DNA of 64,000 bases. It comes from an uncultured Alphaproteobacteria bacterium (GTDB taxonomy: Bacteria > Pseudomonadota > Alphaproteobacteria > CAAHEQ01 > UBA3637). Position 1 is the stretch's first letter. Each line of letters starts with the position of its first letter. The notes below the pieces were generated by a model. That model had not been told where the DNA came from, ran no database searches, and saw nothing but the letters and a program-made list of their open reading frames with translations. Shown one piece after another: positions 20,444 through 28,409 of the stretch. Position numbers and translations under genes: made by a program. Location: NCBI GenBank assembly GCA_944392125.1, contig CALXVP010000001.1, forward strand, positions 132,325 through 196,324, written 5' to 3'.

Positions 20444-20534
20444 TAAAAGCGGCGCCTAACCTACTGACAAACTGCGTAGTAAGTGGTGTAACGGCCGACG
20501 TCGTTGACCACATCTCCGGAAGAAAGATTAACGC
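20444..20534 (-). repeat. DGR variable repeat (VR, 20461-20534) plus IMH (20444-20460, gttaggcgccgctttta)
   Basis: Reverse complement aligns to TR 19031-19118. Differences are only at TR adenines (aac to gtc/gac/ggc/tac/acc), plus one extra codon relative to the TR. Confidence 0.85.
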
Positions 20535-20871
20535 GGTACGCATTTGTAGTACCAGACCCTAAGCTAGACCAAACCCACTTGTCCGGTCCCATACTGACTA
20601 CATTTGGGCAACTACCGGAAGCAGATCCTCCCAACCAGCGTTCCTCTTCACTAATGTAACAAATATCGTCCATTGAAGCCAATTCCATTCCTTGTGATTC
20701 ACACCATGTGAACGCACTCCACCAGTTCACACTAACATCACTCACACAAAAGGTTTTGCCGTTTTTACCAGTAAACATTTCGCCATCATTGCAAGTGCCT
20801 GCCCATACGGATTGAGATACCAATACGGTATAAAGTGTTAATCCAAGTAACCAAATATAATTTTTTCTCAT
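20461..20871 (-). CDS. DGR target protein: small secreted C-type-lectin-fold (CLec) protein with the VR at its C-terminus (…GDVVNDVGRYTTYYAVCQ)
   Basis: Signal peptide (LLGLTLYTVLVSQSVWA). CTLD-like motifs (WCESQGMELAS, WLGG, WVWS). The VR encodes the last roughly 24 aa, and the stop codon is followed directly by the IMH. Confidence 0.8.
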   Translation of the reverse strand: MRKNYIWLLGLTLYTVLVSQSVWAGTCNDGEMFTGKNGKTFCVSDVSVNWWSAFTWCESQGMELASMDDICYISEEERWLGGSASGSCPNVVSMGPDKWVWSSLGSGTTNAYRVNLSSGDVVNDVGRYTTYYAVCQ

Positions 20872-21089
20872 TTCATCTCCTTTTCTTCTTTGTCGTTATA
20901 ATAGTTCTGGTTCATTTTACCCGATTTTCCCGTTTTTTTGCAAGTATTATTTCTGTTTTTCTAAAAATTTATGCTTGCACTGCTCATTCGCGCACCGCTC
21001 TTAAAAAAGTGACAGTGTTTCTCTATATATAACACCTGCAAACATAACGTCGGCTTAACGTTTGTTTGTCTTCTTGATTATCCCAAAAT

Positions 21090-21419
21090 CTACGCGTTCC
21101 GTTTCCAAACACGCAATTTGTTCTTTTCTTCTTTGTTACGCAAGGCTGTTTCTAAATCAATCCCGTGCATATTCGCAAGCGAACATACGTATATCAACAC
21201 GTCCGCCAACTCGTCTGCCACATTTCCCGCAACGGAACCCGTGCCGATTGAGCCACCTTTGGCATTTTTACGGACAGCGCTAATCAACTCTCCGCATTCT
21301 TCCGCTAATAAACAACATTCATAAAAACAATCGGTTGTATTAAATCCGCGCGCTTTTTTCATTTGCAATACATACGATTGTATTTCAGCCAACGTAGGTT
21401 TTTCGGGTAAATCAATCAT
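21090..21419 (-). CDS. MazG-like nucleotide pyrophosphohydrolase domain protein
   Basis: 109 aa. EECGELISAV...ELADVLIYV is the MazG/NTP-PPase EExxE...D/E pattern. Confidence 0.6.
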   Translation of the reverse strand: MIDLPEKPTLAEIQSYVLQMKKARGFNTTDCFYECCLLAEECGELISAVRKNAKGGSIGTGSVAGNVADELADVLIYVCSLANMHGIDLETALRNKEEKNKLRVWKRNA

Positions 21420-21552
21420 TTAAGCCTCCTTCTATTTTCCACATAAACATTTTATACGATTCATCTTTTAATTTTCAAGTAATTCATCAAAAAAAACTGG
21501 ATTTTTACACATAAGTGTGTTATCTTCACTTATACACATATTAAAGGAGGCG

Positions 21553-22701
21553 ATGATGGACAACAATAATCCTATTTTCTTACCTGATTACGATAACAGT
21601 ATTCTTTCCGTATCGGCATCACTGGCTTCTTATTATCAAATTCCGACCGATTACAAAACAAATCCGCTGATTGATTCTGCGCTTCAAAAAGGATATAAAA
21701 ATGTTATCTTATTCGTTGTGGACGGATTAGGCAAAAGTATTCTGTTTAACCATATACCCGAGACGGCTTTTTTGCGCCAAAAATACCGCAAAACAATTTC
21801 CTCCGTTTTTCCGCCCACAACCGCTGCCGCTACCCGAACGCTACAAACTGCTTTACCGCCGATTGTTCACGGCTGGCTCGGTTGGTCTTGTTATTTTAAA
21901 GAGTATCAGCGAACCATTACGCTTTTTACCGATACCGACTATTATACGGATTTGCCCGTTCCCGATTTCCCCGGTTCGCGTAAACTTATTCCTTTTACCT
22001 TCTTTTGGCAGAAAATTAATCCCGCACTCAATATTCAAACGCATACCCTTTTCCCCGATAAGATTGACCATAAGGGCATTGTGAATTTACACAAGATGAA
22101 TAGAAGAATAAAAGAAATTACGCAATCGGACGGAAAACATTTTATTTACGCTTATTGGGCCGAACCGGATCATACATCTCACGCGTATGGTCCCGATAGT
22201 CCGGAAGTGGCTAATCGGGTACGCTTAATCAATCGCCGTTTGCGTCAACTCCATGCCGATTTGAAAGATACCCTCTTAATCATTACGGCTGACCATGGGC
22301 AAATTTCCGTTTCGGAAACATTACTCATTAACCAATACCCCGAACTTTTGGATTGTTTGGCGTGTCCGCTCAGTTTGGAGGGGCGAGCCGTATCAGTATT
22401 CGTAAAACCGGATAAAAAAGATGTATTTGAACGCGAATTTGCTAAACATTTAGCGCAAGATTTTATTCTTGTTCCGCGCGAGGAGGTTATTAAGAATGCC
22501 TTGTTCGGAAAAGGAACTCCGCATCCAAAAGCGCATGATTTTATCGGCGATTATCTCCTTATTGCCATTACGGATAAAATTTTGGAGCAAACTTACCCCG
22601 AGGACAAACGCAATTTAATTCTCCGCGGCTCCCATGCCGGCATAACGAAAAAAGAAATGGAAGTGCCGTTGATTATTGCGCCCTCAAAAGATAAATCTTA
22701 A
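21553..22701 (+). CDS. alkaline-phosphatase-superfamily protein (type I phosphodiesterase / nucleotide pyrophosphatase-like)
   Basis: VILFVVDGLGKS, FPPTTAAATRTLQTALPPIVHG and AEPDHTSHAYGPDS match AP-superfamily metal-ligand motifs. An RBS (aggagg) precedes the ATG at 21553. Confidence 0.6.
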   Translation: MMDNNNPIFLPDYDNSILSVSASLASYYQIPTDYKTNPLIDSALQKGYKNVILFVVDGLGKSILFNHIPETAFLRQKYRKTISSVFPPTTAAATRTLQTALPPIVHGWLGWSCYFKEYQRTITLFTDTDYYTDLPVPDFPGSRKLIPFTFFWQKINPALNIQTHTLFPDKIDHKGIVNLHKMNRRIKEITQSDGKHFIYAYWAEPDHTSHAYGPDSPEVANRVRLINRRLRQLHADLKDTLLIITADHGQISVSETLLINQYPELLDCLACPLSLEGRAVSVFVKPDKKDVFEREFAKHLAQDFILVPREEVIKNALFGKGTPHPKAHDFIGDYLLIAITDKILEQTYPEDKRNLILRGSHAGITKKEMEVPLIIAPSKDKS

Positions 22702-22865
22702 TTTTAGGATTACTTGTTGCAACGCTTAATATACAATACAAGCGTTGTGATACTTCTTCATTGAGGTGATTTGCGTTATCTTTAAAAGCGTTATATCCAT
22801 TTCAATAACGGCGTTGCTTGCACTTATTCCAATAACGCATTGCCTCTCTGCGTTTATCTTCCGAA

Positions 22866-24098
22866 TTAAAAAGCGCTTTCTTTTTGGGAGGTTTGTTCGG
22901 TCGGCAATTTTAAAAGTTTATATAGCGGCACAATACTGAATGCAAAGGCAATCATATACACAATAAAAGATTGTTCAAGCGTAATCCCATCCAACACAAA
23001 CTTGAACATAATTAACATCACACCCGCCATAAAACGCGAAACCAGATTTTTAACCGATGATGCCGTTGAACGCGTTTCGGAAGAAACAAGTGTATGCAAC
23101 AGTGCCGTTGAACCCAGCGTAAACGTGAGTTGCATACCGATGGCAACGCAAATAAACGTCAGCAATATCATTCCCACAATCGGATTAGCCACCTTAATCA
23201 CAACAACGGATGCCATAAATGAAAGAATAAATAAAATATACGTTAACTTCCCGATTGTTTTTAAAGAAAGCCACTTCACGGTTTGTTGTAAAAAGAGCGC
23301 TGCTCCCGCTCGGCAAAAGTGATTGATAAAGTAAATAACACCGAATAATGTAACCGGAATCATGGATATTTGCATGAGCGGTTGAAAACTCCATACAAAT
23401 ACCATGGTAGTTGCAGCGATAATGCCCGAATACATGATATAATGGCAAAGCTGCGGATTGGAAAGCGTATCTTTCGTAATAGTATATAATTCATGATACT
23501 TTGCACGCAACCCTTTTGTTTTGTGATGAAAAGCCGGCACACTCGGCAATAAAAACAATAATAACGTTGCTCCCGTGTTTAAAACAATTTCAATTAAAAT
23601 CAAAACAGGAAATCCATACGCTTTATATAAAAACGGCCCGACAAGCGATGCCATTGCCGTTCCGAGCGACATCCAAAAATTTAACTTTCCGTATCCCGAA
23701 AGCATTTTTTTTGTTTTCCCTTTGGATTTTAAATAGTCGTATATATATCCGTCCGACACGCCCGAATAAAAGGCTTTTGACATGGAAAATAAAATTTCTC
23801 CCGCCAATACAATCCAATATCCTCGGAAGAAATACCATAAAATCAACCGCATTAAGAATAATAAATATGAAAAAATCAAAACGTTCCGACGCGGAAATAT
23901 ATCACCGATATACCCTGCCGGAATTTCAAACAACAACGCAGTTATGGAAAATATCCCTTGAAATAAAAATAAGTCCCCCGCCGTTAAACCATTCTCTTCA
24001 TAAAAGAGCAACATCACGGGCAACATTAAAATTTGCGTTTGTAAAAAGGTTGATATATTAAAAATTCTTAAAGGTTTCCGTAAAGTCATGCCGTCCAT
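22866..24098 (-). CDS. MFS-family transporter
   Basis: 12 predicted TM segments. The GDIFPRR-like motif between TM2 and TM3. Confidence 0.7.
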   Translation of the reverse strand: MDGMTLRKPLRIFNISTFLQTQILMLPVMLLFYEENGLTAGDLFLFQGIFSITALLFEIPAGYIGDIFPRRNVLIFSYLLFLMRLILWYFFRGYWIVLAGEILFSMSKAFYSGVSDGYIYDYLKSKGKTKKMLSGYGKLNFWMSLGTAMASLVGPFLYKAYGFPVLILIEIVLNTGATLLLFLLPSVPAFHHKTKGLRAKYHELYTITKDTLSNPQLCHYIMYSGIIAATTMVFVWSFQPLMQISMIPVTLFGVIYFINHFCRAGAALFLQQTVKWLSLKTIGKLTYILFILSFMASVVVIKVANPIVGMILLTFICVAIGMQLTFTLGSTALLHTLVSSETRSTASSVKNLVSRFMAGVMLIMFKFVLDGITLEQSFIVYMIAFAFSIVPLYKLLKLPTEQTSQKESAF

Positions 24099-24180
24099 CC
24101 CCCATACTTTATAACGACAAGTTTTTTAAATCCTGCTTTCTTTTCATCTGAAACATCTTTCAAAATCGTCTGCCAAAATA

Positions 24181-24879
24181 CTAATAATCTTCGTTTGAAA
24201 TTAAAGCGTTCTTATTCTTTTTAACTACTTTACGCGGGCGCCCTTTTAACTCCGGAACCAATTTTGTAATAATTTCTTGCACCTCGTTTAAATGCTTTGA
24301 ATACACATGATCCGCATTCGGAATCACCTTATATTCCACACGCAAATATCTATGATTAGATAATTGCTCCGCCAGCATGGAAACCGATGACTCCGAAACA
24401 ATCGTATCTTTTCCGCCTTGAATAATCAACCCTGAGGCCGGGCACGGTGTTAAGAAGTCAAACGAATAGGCATCTGCCGGCGGTGAAACAAAAACAAATC
24501 CCTTGATTTCCGGCCGACGCATTAAGAGTTGCGCCGCAATCCAAGCACCAAACGAATATCCCGCAATCCAGCAGACACTCGATTCGGAATCAATGTTTTG
24601 CAACCAGTCCAATGCAATAATCGCGTCCGCCAATTCGCCGACGCCTGTTCCGTCAATCTCTCCTTGCGAATTTCCGACTCCTCTGAAATTGAATCGCAAA
24701 ACGGAAAATCCCATATTAACAAAGGCTTGAAACATGGCATAAGTAACGCGATTATTCATTGTTCCACCCTGAGCCGGATGCGGATGCAATATCAAAACAA
24801 GCGGTGCTCTCGGATTTTCCGATTTATGAAAACGGCCTTCCAATCGCCCTGCTCCCCCGTTAAAAAATACTTCTGCCAT
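24181..24879 (-). CDS. alpha/beta-hydrolase-fold protein
   Basis: A GYSFGAW nucleophile elbow (GxSxG), followed by Asp and His at positions consistent with a catalytic triad. Confidence 0.65.
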   Translation of the reverse strand: MAEVFFNGGAGRLEGRFHKSENPRAPLVLILHPHPAQGGTMNNRVTYAMFQAFVNMGFSVLRFNFRGVGNSQGEIDGTGVGELADAIIALDWLQNIDSESSVCWIAGYSFGAWIAAQLLMRRPEIKGFVFVSPPADAYSFDFLTPCPASGLIIQGGKDTIVSESSVSMLAEQLSNHRYLRVEYKVIPNADHVYSKHLNEVQEIITKLVPELKGRPRKVVKKNKNALISNEDY

Positions 24880-25004
24880 CGTTTTTTCCCTTTCAAATCA
24901 ATAAATCAGTCAATATAAGAGCGATTTTAAAATATTTTTTTTAAAAATGCAATCTTTTTTGTTGACATTCCTTTTTTTTACGTGTATATATCTTTATATC
25001 CGAT

Positions 25005-25080
25005 GGCGGAATAGCTCAGATGGTAGAGCGGTGGAATCATAATCCATGTGTCGGGGGTTCGATCCCCTCTTCCGCTACCA
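25005..25080 (+). tRNA. tRNA with CAT anticodon (Met elongator, or Ile2 if lysidine-modified)
   Basis: Cloverleaf: D-arm tagctcagatggtagagc, anticodon loop atCATaa, T-loop gggggttcgatcccc, CCA encoded. Confidence 0.75.
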
Positions 25081-25085
25081 CTTTT

Positions 25086-25114
25086 AAAGCCACAGTTTCT
25101 GTGGCTTTTGTTTT
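25086..25114 (+). terminator. rho-independent terminator after the tRNA (aaagccacag-tttc-tgtggcttt + TGTTTT)
   Basis: A perfect 10-bp stem with a 4-nt loop and a T-run. Confidence 0.6.
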
Positions 25115-25150
25115 AGATTTACAGTGTGTAATACGCTCGGGGGGAACGCT

Positions 25151-25534
25151 ATGAGAACGCTGCACAAATCCATTCGTCATTTACGGAACGCCATCCGGTT
25201 TTCTTGCGACGGTTTTCACGCTGTTTTCCGTTCCGAAATTGCGTTTCGACTGGATCTGCTTATTGCACTTTGCATTTTATTGATAACAATTTTTTTGCCG
25301 ATTTCTCTGCTTGAAAAAGGGTGGATTATTTCTTCACTTATTTTTATTTTGTTTGCGGAACTTGCCAATACGGCAATTGAAACCATTATAGATCGCATTT
25401 CAACCGCTTATCATGAATTATCCAAAAAAGCAAAAGATATCGGCTCCACACTCGTTTGTTTATCTTTTATCAATTTATTTATTGTGCTGGGTTGCGTTTT
25501 CTTCTCTCATATCGGCGCATTTGCGCTTCATTGA
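25151..25534 (+). CDS. dgkA: diacylglycerol kinase (prokaryotic DgkA family)
   Basis: Three TM helices. ELANTAIETIIDRIS...KKAKDIGSTLV matches the DgkA signature. Confidence 0.75.
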   Translation: MRTLHKSIRHLRNAIRFSCDGFHAVFRSEIAFRLDLLIALCILLITIFLPISLLEKGWIISSLIFILFAELANTAIETIIDRISTAYHELSKKAKDIGSTLVCLSFINLFIVLGCVFFSHIGAFALH

Positions 25535-26010
25535 TTTGGAACGGCCTTAATATCTGCAAATCGTGCCTGAATACACTTGGATAACGTAATCGGATTTATC
25601 CCGATTGAAACGCCGATTTTGCCCGCACTTAAAAATATCTTATCAAACCGTTCGGCGCTTTCATCAATGTAAACGGGAAAAGGCTTTTTTAACCCGATAG
25701 GAGAACACCCGCCGTGCATATAGCCCGTTATCGGCAATAATTGTTTCATCGGCAACATTTCCAAACTTTTTTCACCGCAAACGCGCGCCCCTTTCTTTAA
25801 ATCCAAATCATACCCGGCCGGCACCACAAATACGTAATACTTTTTGGAATGCCCAACCGTTACCAATGTTTTGAAAACCGTTTCAGGCAATTTACCGATT
25901 TTTTCGGCTACTTCATACACATCTAACAATCCATCGGGATTATCGTAAGTTAATACTTCATACGCGCATCCTTGCGTATCTAAAAAGCGCATGGCATTTG
26001 TTTTATTCAT
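25528..26010 (-). CDS. ybaK: Cys-tRNA(Pro)/Cys-tRNA(Cys) deacylase YbaK
   Basis: 160 aa. YbaK/ProX deacylase-domain pattern (…HGGCSPIGL…). Confidence 0.75.
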   Translation of the reverse strand: MNKTNAMRFLDTQGCAYEVLTYDNPDGLLDVYEVAEKIGKLPETVFKTLVTVGHSKKYYVFVVPAGYDLDLKKGARVCGEKSLEMLPMKQLLPITGYMHGGCSPIGLKKPFPVYIDESAERFDKIFLSAGKIGVSIGINPITLSKCIQARFADIKAVPNQ

Positions 26011-26681
26011 CGTCTCACCAAATTTGGCGCAACTTTAAAATCAGCTTCGGTTGTCGCCCGAATTGTTTCTAAATCGGAGTATGGACTGATTTCAACAAGC
26101 GTGAGCCCGTTTTCATCACACGTAAAAACACCTTTTTCCGTAATAATCATATCAACTTCATGTGAGGCCGTCAACGGCAATGTGCACCGTTTTAAAATTT
26201 TTGGTTCGCCGTGATTGGTATGCTCCATGGCAACAATCACTTTTTGCGCCCCGACAACCAAATCCATTGCACCGCCCATACCCGGCACCAGTTTCCCCGG
26301 CACCAGCCAATTTGCCAGATTTCCCTCTTCATCTACTTGTAAACCACCCAAAACGGTTGCGTTAATATGTCCGCCCCGAATCATGGCAAAAGAAAGAAAA
26401 CTATCAAAATAAGCGCCTCCTTCTTTAATGGTGACTAATTGCCCGCCCGCATTCGTTATACGCGCATCAGCCGTCAACTCATCAGGCATTTTGCCAACGC
26501 CTAAAATTCCGTTTTCCGACTGTAATGTAATATGTTTATCCGGGCTGATATAATTGGCGGCAAGCGTCGGCAACCCGATGCCCAGCGTTACCACGTCTCC
26601 GTCATGAAATTCCTCGGCAACCCGTCGGGCAATAATTTGTTTTATTTCATTTTTATCCAACATGTTGTCCCGCCTTATCAA
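26007..26681 (-). CDS. 3-oxoacid / acetate CoA-transferase subunit B
   Basis: Family I CoA-transferase beta subunit (ENGILGVG…, conserved Glu region). Paired with the A subunit upstream. Confidence 0.8.
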   Translation of the reverse strand: MIRRDNMLDKNEIKQIIARRVAEEFHDGDVVTLGIGLPTLAANYISPDKHITLQSENGILGVGKMPDELTADARITNAGGQLVTIKEGGAYFDSFLSFAMIRGGHINATVLGGLQVDEEGNLANWLVPGKLVPGMGGAMDLVVGAQKVIVAMEHTNHGEPKILKRCTLPLTASHEVDMIITEKGVFTCDENGLTLVEISPYSDLETIRATTEADFKVAPNLVRR

Positions 26682-27333
26682 TAATATAATCCACCAATAA
26701 CCCCGGTATCACAACTTCATTCGGATTCAATGCCGTTTCCACATACTCATCGGCTTCCACAATCACCGTTTTGGCAGCCGTTGCCATAACGGTATTAAAA
26801 TTACGCGTTGTGCCGTAAAAAGCGATATTGCCGAACGAATCAACCTTTGAGCCGTAAATCAACGCAACATCGGCCGTCAATGGTCTTTCCAACAGATATT
26901 CCTTACCGTCAACAACCATTTTTTGCTTACCGTCTTCCACAACCGTGCCGATACCGGTCGGCGTTAAAATACCGCCCAGCCCCGCACCGCCCGCGCGAAT
27001 ACGCTCCGCCAACGTGCCCTGTGGCACTAATTCAACCTCTAATGTGCCCTCGTGCATTTGTCGGCCCGTTTCGGGATTCATACCGATATGCGTCACAATG
27101 GCCTTTTTGACACACCGATTGGCAATCAGCAACCCCTTATCCGAATCAATAAAAGAAGTATCATTTGCAATCAAGGTTAAATTTTTGCGCTCCAAGAGAT
27201 GCGGTATTACGCAAACAGGTGAACCACACTTTAAAAAACCGCCAATCATCAAAGACATACCGTCATGAATCAATGTGGCCGCCGCTTCCGGCGTTGTCAA
27301 TTTAGATTTTTTCGTCATAGTATGTTCATACAA
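26653..27333 (-). CDS. 3-oxoacid / acetate CoA-transferase subunit A
   Basis: Family I CoA-transferase alpha subunit (MSLMIGGFLKCGSP; GMNPETG). Confidence 0.8.
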   Translation of the reverse strand: MYEHTMTKKSKLTTPEAAATLIHDGMSLMIGGFLKCGSPVCVIPHLLERKNLTLIANDTSFIDSDKGLLIANRCVKKAIVTHIGMNPETGRQMHEGTLEVELVPQGTLAERIRAGGAGLGGILTPTGIGTVVEDGKQKMVVDGKEYLLERPLTADVALIYGSKVDSFGNIAFYGTTRNFNTVMATAAKTVIVEADEYVETALNPNEVVIPGLLVDYIIDKAGQHVG

Positions 27334-27478
27334 AAAAATTCATCATCTGTCAATCCGAAAAACAAAATGCCATTCGGATATCATCATAAAATTTGTGGAG
27401 CGAAGCCGTATTCAAACAAATTTCCGCTAATAAATAAACGGCATTTTGAATAAAAATAAAAGGATAACCACCCAAAAT

Positions 27479-27919
27479 TCAATTAACTTGGTGAAGTGAG
27501 CGATAAAATGCAATGTGTTTCAATAAAATATAATTAAGAACCGCAATAATAATCAGACATGGTATTTGCGCCGTATACGGATTTAGGGAGAAAAAAGCCG
27601 TAAACCCTAATAAAAGTCCGGCATTGGCAACATACGAAATGCCCCAAGAAGCCAAACATAACACATATTCGCGCATATAGTGGCCACGCGTATTAAACAC
27701 ATAAAATTTTTGCGTTAAATAGCTATTCACGGAAGAAATCAAGAAGCTGAAAAGTAATGCAAGTTGAGGATAATTTCCTTCTAAAAAATAAAGGCATAAA
27801 ACATAAATCAAATAGGAAATAACCGTGTTATATCCACCCACCAATAAAAACCGTAATTTTTCGGGAAATTTCATCCAGAAATGAAACAGCACCAGATAGT
27901 ACTCAACTAATTTTTTCAT
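27479..27919 (-). CDS. GtrA-family membrane protein
   Basis: 146 aa, four TM segments. FLLVGGYNTVISYLIYVL is GtrA-like. Confidence 0.6.
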   Translation of the reverse strand: MKKLVEYYLVLFHFWMKFPEKLRFLLVGGYNTVISYLIYVLCLYFLEGNYPQLALLFSFLISSVNSYLTQKFYVFNTRGHYMREYVLCLASWGISYVANAGLLLGFTAFFSLNPYTAQIPCLIIIAVLNYILLKHIAFYRSLHQVN

Positions 27920-28044
27920 TCGGCACGCTCCCTATTCAATCAATTCCCCCATATACCCTTTTGCATTCAATCAACACGCCGTTTTATCTTTTGATATACC
28001 GCAATCTGCAACAAAAAAGCCCGACTGTTTCAGCCGGACTTAAA

Positions 28045-28120
28045 TGGTGCCTGGGGACGGAATCGAACCGCCGACACAGGGATTTTCAGTCCCTTGCTCT
28101 ACCAACTGAGCTACCCAGGC
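28045..28120 (-). tRNA. tRNA-Phe (anticodon GAA)
   Basis: Reverse complement gcctgggtagctcagttggtagagcaagggactGAAaatccc...ggttcgattccgtccccaggcacca. Full cloverleaf with CCA. Confidence 0.85.
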
Positions 28121-28198
28121 GATGAACAGGATTGTTTATACACGAATAAAAAGAAAAAGTCCAGCCCTTTTTGAAAAAAATTTAATTTTTTTTATAAT

Positions 28199-28405
28199 CT
28201 ACTCTTTTTCCTCATCAATTTTGTCGGCGAAATCCGTTTCTTTCGGGCGTTCGTCCGTATGAATCACATACGTTCCTTTCAACCAGCGCCCTAAATCAAT
28301 ATCCGCGCATTTTTTTGAGCAAAACGGATGATACGCCTGCACCATCGGTTTTCCGCAAATCGGGCATTTTCGTTCTTTAACTTCATTTTGTTCGTTTTCT
28401 GCCAT
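28199..28405 (-). CDS. yacG: DNA gyrase inhibitor YacG (zinc-ribbon)
   Basis: CPICGKP...HPFCSKKCADIDLGRWL is the YacG signature. Confidence 0.75.
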   Translation of the reverse strand: MAENEQNEVKERKCPICGKPMVQAYHPFCSKKCADIDLGRWLKGTYVIHTDERPKETDFADKIDEEKE

Positions 28406-28409
28406 TTTC

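Noticed and set aside
25005-25080. Initiator tRNA-fMet assignment for the CAT-anticodon tRNA
   Set aside because: The anticodon stem (gtgga/tccat) lacks the three consecutive G-C pairs, and the acceptor end does not show the C1·A72 mismatch typical of bacterial initiators. It was called as elongator Met (or Ile2) instead.
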